Of a DNA stretch of 64,000 bases, positions 52,076 to 63,880 are shown in pieces. Numbering within the stretch: the first letter of the stretch is position 1; every line of letters starts with the position of its first letter. Under the pieces are notes generated by a model. It was not told where the DNA came from, ran no database searches, and worked only from the letters and a program-made list of their open reading frames with translations. This DNA is from Saprolegnia diclina VS20 (taxonomy: Eukaryota), in the NCBI RefSeq assembly GCF_000281045.1, contig NW_008246086.1:112513-176512 (forward strand), written 5' to 3'. A program made the translations under genes and the position numbers.

Positions 52076-55000
52076 CTAGGTATAACTCAACATCGAGTTT
52101 AAAATGTGGTGCACGAGCGTAAACTGCGAGTCGCGGGCCGTCTCGGGCACGTGGCTGAGCGCAGCCTTGAGCTCCTGGAGCACGTTCTGGACAAACGGCG
52201 CGATCGCCGCGTCCCGCGGGTTCATCACGAGGAGCGAGTCCTGCACCCACTTGAGGCTCAAGCCCAAGTCGCGCTCGAGGTCCGACCCGAGCTGCTGCAC
52301 GAGGCAGAGCACAATCATCTGCGAGAGCACGGGCGGGCGGACGCCAAGAACCACGCCCGTCTCGACGTTGGCGCACGTGTAGAAGACGAGCGCCACGTCT
52401 TCGGCGCCGAGCGCGGTTTGAAATGCCACCTCGTACTTCTTGGCAGCCAAGAGACCGTCAATGTCGCGGCACTGCGTATCAAAGAGCGACGCTTTGGGCG
52501 GCGGCAGCGGCGCGGCCGCGCTGCCTTGGAGCGTATCGAGGCGCTCGGTGAGGGTTTCGACCGCGTCTTGCATCGTCGTCAGCTGCGCCGAGAGCGCGCT
52601 CCACTGCTCGTTGGTCTCTGCGATCTTGACGTGCGTGCCCTCGACAAACGTGGTGTTGATCTGCTCAAACATCTTTTGCGTCGCGGCTTGGAACGACGGA
52701 ATGATCGTCGACTGGAACGCGTCCCGGAACGCGTCGCGCACCGGCGTCTTGACGTCGTCGACCAGGTGCGTCAGCGACGCGGCCATGCGTGCGTCCAGGT
52801 CCTTGCACTGCGCCTCGAGCTGCGCCGTGACGGGCTTGACAAAGTTGTTGTCCATCGTGTGCAGCACAATGCGCCCGATGGCTGGGACAAGCACGGACTG
52901 GAGGTGCTTCCGGACCACCTTGTCCATGTGCAAGCTCAGTTGCTGCTGCATGATGCGCACTTGGTCCTTCAAATGCTCGTCGCGCTCGCGCTGCAGCGCC
53001 TCCATGCGGCGGAAGAAGTGCGACAGCTCCGACGACGCGCTGTCGTCATCAAAGCGCGCCGGCACCGGCCGCGGCGACGACACGTCGTCCGTAAACGCAT
53101 GCACCGACGACGATGGCGACGACCGCGCGTAGCGCAAATGCGCGTCCGACGGCGGCGGCATCGGTAGCGACGACACCGACCGCGGCGACCCGGGCACGCG
53201 CGACGGCGCTGACGTTGGGGCGAGGCTGTCGACTTCGCTCTCGTCGTCGTCGTCCTCGTCCTCGTCGTCGTCGTCACTGCGGCGACCGACCGAGTCGTTG
53301 CCGCCGTCGGTCGCGAGCATTGAGCTCAAGCCCGCCTCGCTGCCGTTAAAGTCGTGCACAGTGATCTGCAGATCGAGCTCCGTCTCGGGCGACGCATCGT
53401 TCGACGCCTCAACGATCGCAGGCGGCGCCGCCTTGGGCTCCTCGTGGAACGACCGCACGGGGCTGCGCGGCGGTACGTAGCAGGCCGACGGCGCCACATG
53501 GTAGCGCTGGATGGCCTGCGTCTGGATGCAGTAGAGCTGCATCGGAGACTCGTCCGCGACGCCCGTGCTCGACGCCGGGTGCAGCACCGTCATCGACAGA
53601 ATCGGGTACGCCAGCGAAAACTCCGTCACATTGTCGAGGCGGCGCGGAAGCCGCGGGCTCGGGCTGCTCGCCAAGTGCAAGACAATGAGCGAGGCAGCCG
53701 CGCGGTCGGCCACGTACACATACTCGTGCGTCGGGTCCAGCACCAGCTCGTGCATGCTCGACGCATTGTGGAGGCGGAAGCTCTGCGTGCACGTGTCGAC
53801 CTCCGCGTCCCACGGCGCATTCCAGAGTGACAGCTGCGTGTTGCCTTGGCCGCCGACGAGCAAGCCCGAGGCTGCGCCACCGTACTGGGCCGCAAAGACG
53901 TTGAGGCTGTTGACGGGCGCGCCATCAAAGGGGTCAAAGCGGCGCAAGTAGCTCGCAGCTGCGCCGACCACAATGCCGCCGAGGTGGTAGACGTGGACGG
54001 CGCCGTCCATGCCGGCGGTCACGAGATGGTGGCCGTCGGCCGAGAACGCCACGTCGTTGACGTGCGCCTGGCTACGGTCGCAGATGACACTGTGCTCGGT
54101 GAGCGCAAAGGCGTCGGCGGGGTCGGCTGTCACATTGTCGAGGTTCGTGACGTAGACGGTGGCGTCCTGGACGATTGCAATCTTGTTCGAGTCGAGCGGG
54201 TGCCACTTGACGCGCTGCGCCCGGCACGGCAGCGTCTTGAGCACCTCGCGCGTCATGGGCTTTTGCGCGTACATGTCTTCCGAGAGGCGCCAGATCACAA
54301 TGTGGTTGTCCGTACCGGCCGAGAGGAGGAGGTCGGTATGGTCGTTGAAGAACGCGAGCTCCGTCACTGCATGCTGCTCGTGCTTGCGGAGGAGAATGCG
54401 GTTCACGCTCGACTGGTTGATGACGCGGATGAGGCCGTTCCGGATCGGGTACGAGATGTAGTGCTCGTTCACCGAGATGAGCGTGCCAAGATCCGACGCT
54501 CGCTCCGAGACGTAGAGCGTGATCGGTGTCACTTCCAACGACCGCGCGTCTGCGTCCTTCTTCGGCTCGTAGACGCACTGTTGGCCAAGAAGACGCGTGC
54601 CAGGCGACAAGGTACCAGGCGACGAGATCGACGCCGAGCGCACGGTTGCCGTCGGCGGAGGCACACGCGTCGTGACCGAGCCGCCACTGGCACTCGAAGG
54701 ACGCATGAGCGCCGGAATCGGCAGTGCAGATGGCTGCGGGTGGTTGTGGTGTCCCGGCGTCGTGAGCTCCGGATCAAAGTGCGAACGGTGGCTCGGGCTC
54801 GGGCTCGTACTTGGCTGCGGCGGCGGCGGCATTGACGCAGGCGACGGCGACCGACCTTGCATGTTCAGGTTGGGGAATAGCTGGCTAAGCATGTGCGAGC
54901 CCGACATCGGCGGTTGCATCGGCGGGTGCATGAGCTGCTGCGGGGGCGGCGGCATGTGCGGCGGCATGGGCATGCCCCCAGGAAGCATGTGGTGGGCCAT

Positions 55001-55096
55001 CGGCGGGTACGGGCTAAGGTGCGGGTAATTGGGCATCGGCGGGCCCATGTTCGGCCCGCTCGGAGGCGCGGGGGAGTTGGACCGGCGCGGCTCCAT
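52076..55096 (-). CDS. EDC4: Enhancer of mRNA decapping 4 (Ge-1/VARICOSE)
   Basis: Pro-rich N-terminus, VTPITLY..IRNGLIRVIN WD40 region, IIPSFQAATQKMFEQI, LSQMIVLCLVQQL C-terminal domain; intronless. Confidence 0.9.
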   Translation of the reverse strand: MEPRRSNSPAPPSGPNMGPPMPNYPHLSPYPPMAHHMLPGGMPMPPHMPPPPQQLMHPPMQPPMSGSHMLSQLFPNLNMQGRSPSPASMPPPPQPSTSPSPSHRSHFDPELTTPGHHNHPQPSALPIPALMRPSSASGGSVTTRVPPPTATVRSASISSPGTLSPGTRLLGQQCVYEPKKDADARSLEVTPITLYVSERASDLGTLISVNEHYISYPIRNGLIRVINQSSVNRILLRKHEQHAVTELAFFNDHTDLLLSAGTDNHIVIWRLSEDMYAQKPMTREVLKTLPCRAQRVKWHPLDSNKIAIVQDATVYVTNLDNVTADPADAFALTEHSVICDRSQAHVNDVAFSADGHHLVTAGMDGAVHVYHLGGIVVGAAASYLRRFDPFDGAPVNSLNVFAAQYGGAASGLLVGGQGNTQLSLWNAPWDAEVDTCTQSFRLHNASSMHELVLDPTHEYVYVADRAAASLIVLHLASSPSPRLPRRLDNVTEFSLAYPILSMTVLHPASSTGVADESPMQLYCIQTQAIQRYHVAPSACYVPPRSPVRSFHEEPKAAPPAIVEASNDASPETELDLQITVHDFNGSEAGLSSMLATDGGNDSVGRRSDDDDEDEDDDDESEVDSLAPTSAPSRVPGSPRSVSSLPMPPPSDAHLRYARSSPSSSVHAFTDDVSSPRPVPARFDDDSASSELSHFFRRMEALQRERDEHLKDQVRIMQQQLSLHMDKVVRKHLQSVLVPAIGRIVLHTMDNNFVKPVTAQLEAQCKDLDARMAASLTHLVDDVKTPVRDAFRDAFQSTIIPSFQAATQKMFEQINTTFVEGTHVKIAETNEQWSALSAQLTTMQDAVETLTERLDTLQGSAAAPLPPPKASLFDTQCRDIDGLLAAKKYEVAFQTALGAEDVALVFYTCANVETGVVLGVRPPVLSQMIVLCLVQQLGSDLERDLGLSLKWVQDSLLVMNPRDAAIAPFVQNVLQELKAALSHVPETARDSQFTLVHHILNSMLSYT

Positions 55097-55631
55097 GCTT
55101 CCTCTCTTCCTGTGGTGGTCAAAGGAAAGACTTTTGTTGTTCCATCCCCACAGTTGCCGAACCGCGGTTTTAACCGGACCGAGCCGGTTGGCATTCCGCA
55201 CAGTGATTGGCCAAAAAGGGACGCACCGTCAAAAAAGTATCCAATGCCATTGGTCAACTTGAATGCTACGCACCTTGCCACCTTGCACACACAGAAGCGT
55301 CGACCTGCGTCGTCATGAGCTAGTACTAGTACGCGCGGCCCTTGTCTCGATACTACTCACTCGTGCATCTACTGTGGTGGACAGTGCTGGGGTGAAGCCA
55401 CCACTACCAGCATCAATATGCCAGTCGTCCTCGTGCACACCATGACGTGGCAGCCTCAGTGAAGCGTCGGTTGTTGTCAAGAATTTGCAGCCGCGTGCGC
55501 CGACAACCGATACAGTACAGCTACCAGCGGTACCAGCAGTGTCGACACCACCGAGGTCGTTGACATCGCGCCGGAGACAGCACGCATCGCACGCAGTAGC
55601 TTTGCACGCGATGAGGTACGACGGCGATGAG

Positions 55632-56680
55632 CAGGCCTCTGCTATCTTGGATTTTTTCCAATTTTTTCCAATTTATTCCAAGTTCTAGCCCAAATGAGTA
55701 TCCAAGAAAAATTAAGCTTGCTTTTTGTATGCCAAACGAGTGGTTGGTTGGATTTCCACACAAAGCAGGGAGGCCATTTTGCGCTTGTGATGGCACGTGG
55801 GACCGCAGCGAAGACCAAGAGCTCAGCAAAGTCGGGCCGCGCCAAGGTGCCCAAGCCAGCCACGCTGACGCAGACTACCCTACATGCTACGGTGTCTACG
55901 ACAGTGCAGGCTGTCGTGGTGTCTGTCGAGGCAGCGGTCGCATGAACGCGTACATGGCGTACCGCGACGCCGCTGCCACCGACAAGCACGACCTCGAGCT
56001 CGCTGTATCGACAGCTATCGAGCTCTTCGTCGTCGGTCTCGACAAGCTCTGCGCCAAGAAGCTTGACGTGCCGCCTGATTTACAAGCTCCGCACGAGTTG
56101 GCGACTACGGAGCTCGGCCCGTTCATGGACGTTCTTGAGCGCCATCGCGGTCTCATTTGCGGCTTTGCGATGCAGAAGGCCATCGCCTCCGAACGAGAGG
56201 CGCTGGAAGATTCGTACCAGAAGAACGAGGCAGTGCGCTCAAGCATCGACAGCTCGCAGGACGAGCCCTTCGAGAAGGTGTGGAAGAACTACTCGACAGT
56301 GTATCCGAACCTCTCGATGTTTGCTGCGGGGCTTGCGACCGTACTTCCGTCCACCCACACGGTAGAAGCCGACTTCTCCATGGTCAAGAACACTAGAAGC
56401 GACTCGCGTCGCTCGCTCTCCAACTACGCAATGGAAGGCCAGATGCAGTCCAAGCAATACAAGGAGCTGGAGGCAGCCGTCACCTCGATTCAACGCGCCA
56501 CGCACCAAATCGCACCGCGTAATGCGACGGCATTTTCATTGATTGCGTAATCATTTCTCCAATATATCTTGAAGTTTGTATGCTTTTTGGCTCCAAGGAG
56601 GATCCAAGGCGGAGCCCAAATGAGGCACGAAAAAGCTTAACATTGGATAACGCTGAAAAATCCAAGATTGCAGAGGCCTG
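55632..56680 (+). mobile_element. Non-autonomous (internally deleted) hAT DNA transposon, 1049 bp
   Basis: 25-bp TIR CAGGCCTCTGC(T/A)ATCTTGGATTTTT with 1 mismatch; perfect 8-bp TSD GCGATGAG at 55624-55631 and 56681-56688; internal ORF ends in hAT dimerization-like YPNLSMFAAGLATVLPSTHTVEADFS..RRSLS. Confidence 0.92.
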
Positions 56681-57992
56681 GCGATGAGTCATGGCGCCAG
56701 CGACGAGGTCCGTCACCCTGAAGGGGTTATTCCCTTGGTCTATCTGCACCATTGGCGATCAACACAGGTCACGACTACTTGTCGATTAGCCAACATGCGA
56801 ACAGGCGTGAAGCTCGAGCAATGGGTCTCGTTCGATCTCGTCCAGATCCAAAGAAGTAGAAAGCTTGACGGGTGAAGTGGAACGTCCGAGATTGGGTAAC
56901 AGGGCAGACATGGGAAGGGTCCGTTTCGCCGGCACATCGACCGAACGCAAATTGTTGGAAGCCACCGGCGCGTTGGTCGACGCATATTCCTCGAATGACC
57001 CGATTCCCGCGTTGCGCTGGGTGCTCCTCCCACGCAGCACCTACGACACGTTCGCGCTCGTCAACACCGAGCGCGCCGTGTACCGTAGAGGCACGCTGCC
57101 ACTACAAGCTCGGTGCGAGGCGCCAAGCTACTTGTCCTATTGGCGGGCGAGCGATCCGCGCAGGTTTCTGAGTTTTTGTAATGTGTCCGAAGGGAACGCG
57201 CTTCGTGAGTCACATTGCATGCAAGACGAGGCGGAATCCCCGCGTATTCGTCGAATTTGTCGGTAGCGAGCTACGAATACTGTGCAAAATCGAGTCGGTA
57301 GACCAAGCTTAGAGAGCACTTGTGGTCTGGATGATCGCTGCGCGTCAGAAGCGCATGGCGCTTCGTTTGGTTCGGACCAAGATCGGCGACGCTCCACGTG
57401 GTGCCCCCGAACCTTCCAGCATGCGACATGTCCCTATTTTATTCAAATAGAAAAATACAATTCTTGCATACACTGCAAATAGGTAGCCGTCATGCTCGAT
57501 CGCAGCAGTCATGCCCCCAAGACCACCAGTCGCGCGAACCACAACCAGCGCCAGTCTCTCGAGCAATGGAGATCGCTGTTTCCGAAATTGTACATCCCAA
57601 AAGTGCGCCTCCTAGACACTAGTTCTAGCGATCGTCCCCGAGTCAGATACGGGACGGCGAACGGGGGACACGGTTTCGAACTGACATGTTGTCACCGACT
57701 GGAATCTGGATCTCGCTGAATCTTCGTACACGTCGCTATTACTAGTTGCGAACCAGACTATTTGCTCGCGACGAAGAGGGCGCCACTCGCCCTGCAGAAC
57801 GACGCCAAGCCGAAACATCCCAGCAAACCACGCATCGTTGAAGTGACCGGCGCGCTTTGTACTGTGCAAACAGCCATCGTCCTCACGCCGGCCATATGAT
57901 TGGCTGAAACGGCACCGGATGCCGCGATGCCATTGGTCCGTTGCGAGGCTTGAAAAAAGTGGCGACCAAATCACTTTGTATTTTATTGCGCA

Positions 57993-60028
57993 ATGATGTC
58001 GTACCGGCCCCGCGACGATGGCCGTGACATGGAGCTGCCGCTGCGCAAGACCCGGCGACCGTCCCGCGCGGTGGGCCTCGCCTCCTACGGCCGCTTCGTA
58101 GCCCTCGGCCTTGGCATCCTCCTCCTCTGCACCTGGGGCCTCTACTACCAGGTGCAGTACCTTGTCGCCACCCAGTCGCCGGCCCTCCACACATCGACGC
58201 TCGAGCAGATCAAGTACGTTGAGCGCAGCGTGCGCGAGGTCGTCTGGGAAGGCCGCGAAGATATCGACGCAGACGAGTTTGTGATGGCCGACGTGCCGGC
58301 GGCCAATCCCGACGTGCTCTTGGTCCAACAACCACATACGGTGGACCCGATCGTCAACTACCAGTGCCGGGGCTGGCGGCAAACGGGCGGGTGCTCGCCG
58401 ACGGGTGCGCGCGAAGCGCAGAACGACCGAAAGTGCCACGAAGCCATCAAGGGCGGCAGCTCGGGCTACTGCGAGTTTTACGACCCGGCGACCAACCGTA
58501 CGCTGCACCTCCTCGAAAGCACGTGCACGACGGTCCGTGGCGACGCGCGCTTCTCGTGCAACATGGCCAAGGACATCCTCATGTTCCACAAGCACGCCGA
58601 CAACTACCGCCACCCGTACCTGGTACTACTCTCTCTCAAACTCGCGCCCATCTCTGACGCTTTATGTAGCTGGACGGACCCAAGGATGCCATGAAGTACC
58701 TCAACCACTCGGAATACGCGGGCCCGATATCGGTCGACGACGATGACGTCGATGCGTCGACGGTGACGCGCAAGTGGTACGACAAGCACCCGACGGTGCA
58801 AAAGGTGTACCCCACCAACGGCATCGTCATGGTCGTGTACGAGAAGGCGCTCGTGTCGCTCTATGCATCCGTGCGGCTGTTGCGCACGGTACACAACTCG
58901 AGCTTGCCGATCGAGCTGTGGTACCGGGCCGACGAACTCTCGGTCGACCACCCGGTGCTCGCCAACCTCTTGGGCACCTTCCGTGACATTCGACTCCGCG
59001 AGATCCGCGACCCGCGCGCCACTGGCTTTTACGTCAAGCCGTACACGCTCTTCTTTTCGCACTTTGAAAACGTCTTGTTCCTTGACGCCGACAACTTTCC
59101 CTTGCGCGACCCGACGTACCTCTTCCACTTGCCCGAGTTCACGTCCACGGGCGCGATCTTCTGGCCCGACTTTTGGCACCCGCGCAACACGATCTTCAAC
59201 CTCCACGACGACTCGTTGGTGTGGCCGATGCTCAACCTTACGTACGTCGACATGATGGAGCAAGAGTCGGGTCAGCTCCTCCTCTCGCGGTCGCGCCACG
59301 AGAAGGCGCTGCACATGCTCATGTTTTACGCGTTCCACCGCATTGCGCCGCAGCCGCAACCCGACACGTTTCCGACGCAGCCCTTGCCGACGACGTCGGT
59401 CGAAGAGAGCGAGTTTGAAGACTATGTCGACCCAGAGATCGATCCGCTGCATACGATCCCCAACATGATCCAGGGCCTCAAGCTCGCGTGGGGCGACAAG
59501 GACCTCTTCCGCTTTGCGTGGCTGAAGACGAACGCGTCGTTCCACATGATTGCGACACCGCCGGGTGCGGTCGGGCTCTGGGGCTGGATCAAGTACATGC
59601 GCCCGGACGCGACGCCGTTCCAGCGCTTTTGCGGCCAGAGCATGCTGCAGTACGACACGACGGGCGAGAAGCTCTTTCTGCACCGGAATACCATCAAGCT
59701 CGGGGTGACCAAAGCGTCGCGGTCGCCGCAGTGGCAGTACATCCAGACGCTCCGACCGGGCGTGAGCATCGCCAACTACACGGTCAACTGCTGGGTCGAG
59801 AATACGTACTCGTGCTTTGGCCGCACCGAAGGCACGAACGAACACTTTACGGGCGAGCTCGCGGACGACACGGTGGTGTCCCTGGAGAAGTCGATCCTTG
59901 CGTTTGCCGAGAGTGGCGCCGCGCTCGTGCCGGCGACGCCCGCGCCGACGATCGCGTCCTTGGATGCGTCGGATGAGAATGACAAGATGATCCCCGGCAT
60001 GCAACACGGCCGGCGCTACCAGGCCTAA
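57993..60028 (+). CDS. Type II membrane alpha-mannosyltransferase (GT71, MNN2/MNN5-like) with Cys-rich stem module
   Basis: N-terminal TM; GIVM, LPIELW, VLFLDADNFP, GAIFWPDFW, EQESGQLL, GDKDLFRFAW, CGQSMLQ, LFLHRN; one intron ~58615-58669. Confidence 0.9.
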
Positions 60029-62054
60029 TGAACGGGCAGCGTAGACGCTTAACTTAAAAAACACTATAGTCTTTTCTACGATAGCTCAGCTGTCGAGTGT
60101 GTCGAGACTCAATGCAAAACTGACATTTTGCTTTCGGTGTCGTGAGGCATGCAATGTCCGCAACGGCTCACTGCAGTTTACGAGACATGATGAACGAGAC
60201 TCATTTTAGAGACAACTTTCCTGGTAAACTTTTTGAGAGAGGGCGTTGCTCGGCGCCGTATACGCGCGGATGCCACGACTTCTCGCAGCGAAATCACATT
60301 GCATTACGACAAGTGCGACGCAGGAAAGAAGCAACGAGTAGTACGTTTGATTGATTGAGTGTTATGGGGCTACATCTTGCGCCGATCACGCTGGTGATGT
60401 AGCTAAAGGGTTGGCGCCTAAAATATGAATGAAAACTGTGTAAAAGACAAGAGGGTTTGCATACCGCCGTTGGTGGACCCGTCATGGCCGTCCATCCCGT
60501 CGAGAACGCCGCACAGCGTCGCGTCGAGGTCGGCGACTTGCGTAAGCGGTGCCGTCGAGCGTCTCAGGTGCACAATTTTCGTCGGCGCTCGGAGCAGCGA
60601 CTTGATCTGGTGTCGAGCCAGCTAGCTCGGGCTCGCAGCCGCGATCGGAGTCGACGTGCCGGCGGGAAGCTGCGGAAGGGGCAGTGGCGGTGACGTTGAA
60701 CGCGACCGCTGTGTTGACTTGGCCGGACTCTTTCGCTGATGAGGGGCATGGGCGCTGTTGAAGCAAGGGCATGTCGCTCTCTTGCACGCAAAGTTCATTT
60801 GCTCCAGTTGAGCGTAGCGGGCCAACACCGTTTGGTGCAGGGTACGCGCGCTTGCATCCGGCTCGCTGTCCGCGGTCGTCGCCGGCGAGGCCTGCCTTGG
60901 CCTTGACCATTGTTGCCATCATGATGCACACGACCGCAGTTGCAGTGAGCTACAGCGCGACGCGCTGCCGTGGTCTTGACCACTCGTCGTGTTCGTCCTT
61001 GAGGCGCCCTGCGCCGTCGTCCTGCGCCGCCATGCTGCTAGAGAGCGGCCATCGCGGCGCCTGCCGAGTTGCTGCGTCTGTTGTGCGGTCCAAGCGGGCA
61101 AAGCACATTTGACGACCATGCCGATGAAGTGAAATTATTTGGAACTAAAAACTGGCCCATTCACATGCCACTCCAACTAATTTTCCGCGCGCAAGTAGAA
61201 AGTATACGAACGGCTCATTGTATTGTGGTGCAAAGTCGCCGCAGAATTGTGCTGGACTTTAATAAATCCCCTCCGAGATCGCCAAGTCAGTCGGATCGAC
61301 CAATCACATGTCGCCGTGAAAGGGAATGACGGTCTTCAGGCTCACCACATTTTCTCGCAGGTCACTTCGATAGGTCCTCACTTCGATGGCTGTCCATGGT
61401 ATACATACAAGCTTATATAGAAGCCAGCGTCGTTGCTTCTCGACCAAGAGGGCTCCAAATACGTATAATAGCATCACTGGTGTTTGGACGAGCAGTATAA
61501 GTAACACCGAATGGGCACTTGGGTTGACATGGAGAGGATTAGAGACAGAGGACGCCACCGGGCACTCTGAGTAGTGACACCTGGCTTGCTCAACGCGCGT
61601 CTTCGTCACGACTGCCCGGACGTCGGTTTGGCCCTCCATCGCTACGCGACCCCGTATTCAACCACGTCCCAAGCAAGGCGATAGAGATCATACTATAGTA
61701 CCGGTGTCTCGTCATGAAGGACAAGCCGCATCGGCTTTGCGGCAATATGGCTATTCGTTCTTTCTGCTGACGACTGGGTAAAACTGATGTCTATCGCAGT
61801 TGATTGGCTATCCAACTTGAAGTATATATTGTTTTTAAATTTATTCCATTAAAAAACCGTTTCGAATCCATACCTGTATTTGTGTATTCAAAATGAGTCC
61901 AATTTAAGTTTCATAAAAATAATACCTTTCAATATAGGAATATATCGGGTGGCTGTGGGCGCAGGGCCATGCTCACGATCTTGAGGCCCTTGGAGGCGAC
62001 CTGCTTGTCTCCCGTCGCATAGTATGGAAGGAAACAACATGCTCTGTTTAAGGC

Positions 62055-62384
62055 TTATGGCGTCGCATGCCAGCTACACACGAGACAGAGAACATGGGCG
62101 TGCTCTGGGATCTCGTAACGTAAGGCCTGGACAAGCAGGCGAGCGTCGAGGGTCTCGACTCGGAGCGCAACAAGCCAAGTGATTGCGTGGTCAATGGCTC
62201 GGTGAGCACACTCGATCACTGGTCGTTGCGTCACCGTGAATGGAGCCTGGAAGCCATTCGGCTCAAGTCCGCGGAGCTTTTCGATCGCAGCCATCGCCGC
62301 AGTCGTGTCGGCCGGAACATACCCGAGGAAGCCGATCACATCGCCCAGGACGGTGCCAAACTGCGTTCGTGGAGTCGTGCGCAT
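62055..62384 (-). CDS. Small hypothetical protein or gene fragment (paralogous fragment at 63881-64000)
   Basis: MRTTPRTQFG..ALRYEIPEHAHVLCLVCSWHATP; a homologous sequence recurs at the window end. Confidence 0.4.
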   Translation of the reverse strand: MRTTPRTQFGTVLGDVIGFLGYVPADTTAAMAAIEKLRGLEPNGFQAPFTVTQRPVIECAHRAIDHAITWLVALRVETLDARLLVQALRYEIPEHAHVLCLVCSWHATP

Positions 62385-62573
62385 CTTGCTACTCAATGCC
62401 ACACATGCGTGACAGGTCCCGCGCAAAAGCAAACGTACCATGGCTCTTCTTCGTTCGTTCGCGACTGCTTGCGCTTGCCACTGCGAAGCGGTTCGTCTTG
62501 AGCCTTCCGTGCAAGCGTCTTGGTCGAGCCCCCCATCGATCGGATTATTCAAGGAGCTTTGGTAGCAAAGAGG

Positions 62574-62673
62574 NNNNNNNNNNNNNNNNNNNNNNNNNNN
62601 NNNNNNNNNNNNNNNNNNNNNNNNNNNNNNNNNNNNNNNNNNNNNNNNNNNNNNNNNNNNNNNNNNNNNNNNN
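62574..62673. other. Assembly gap (100 N)
   Basis: Run of N. Confidence 1.
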
Positions 62674-62804
62674 TGCCGGCGACGCCCGCGCCGACGATCG
62701 CGTCCTTGGATGCGTCGGATGAAAATGACAAGATGATCCCCGGCATGCAACACGGCCGGCGCTACCAGCCCTGAGGAACGGGCCGCGTAGACGCTTAACT
62801 TAAA
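62674..62804 (+). other. 3' end of a second GT71 copy (duplicate of 59928-60058)
   Basis: 131-bp near-identical match with a handful of substitutions (ends RRYQP* vs RRYQA*). Confidence 0.85.
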
Positions 62805-63880
62805 TATTAGCCCTCGTCACAATGCTAGCTCTGCCGCGTAGCCCTCTGGTCATGTGATGGAAGATCACTGTTCTTTGCAGTGTGATCACTGTAGCTTGTC
62901 TGCGGTGACAAGGGCCAATGAATGACCTCGATGTCGTCGAGGGTCTCGCTGCAGCCTTTGAGATGTCTCCTACAGATATATACACAAGGCAGAGACTCCA
63001 GTTCCCGTGTCTACTAGCTTACGACCCGTTGAACCTCTGTCCATCACTAGCCACTTGCTGTGGACCGATGAAACTAATCCCCACGTTTTCCAATACATTT
63101 GGCATTTTGGCCAGGCAGGCGTGAGGCTTGCAGATCCAAATCTGAATTTTTGTAGCCTTTTCAAATCGCTGTGGTATTTTCAGGGGCGCTTTCTCCTGCT
63201 CGAGAGAGCCTGTATGCTGACGCACGTGGCTATCAACGGTCTGCAAGTCAATTTTGAAAATCGTAAACAAATTGTTGTGTTATTCCCCTGCCTGGTTATT
63301 CCAACATAAATTATCTAAATATTCAGCGCCAGCCAATACATGGCGCTTTGAGCCTTCATAATTCTAGAGCCGACATCGTCGTCATCGTCGCGACGTGTAC
63401 CCGCACGTGCTCTGCTGCGTGGTGTCCCGTCCATCAAAACACCCGACAGGTGCCATCGTTGCATTTTGATGTACATAGCACTCGTCAGTCATCCTGTATT
63501 ACTACATAGGCTGGGATCTCTTGCCGCACATGGCTACCACTGCAGCCATCTATCAAGGTATCAGAACATCGATAGCGCGACATGGGTGCTTCAGTTGCAT
63601 GTGATTGGCTGTCATCTTGAAGTTCGTAGATTTAAAAGCAGTATATCAGCGCAATAATAATGTGTTCTGGGTAATCTATATAGTCTAATGTATGCAAAAC
63701 TGGTCGGTTTTAAAATATGACAGAAATAAATTTCTAATATCAAAATAGCGAGTGGTTCACAGCGGCCCAGGTGCTGCGGACGACGCTGTCACGAGGTCGA
63801 GGCGTGGAATGGCGCGCTGCGAGTCTCCCTCCATCACGTCACACTCGGCTTCGTAAAGGACGATACATATTCTGTTATAG

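Noticed and set aside
60400..61110. GC-rich coding-like fragments on the minus strand downstream of GT71
   Set aside because: Interrupted by stops in all frames and no family recognised.
62805..63310. Lower-GC ORF fragments after the duplicated GT71 end
   Set aside because: Short, stop-interrupted, no identifiable homology.
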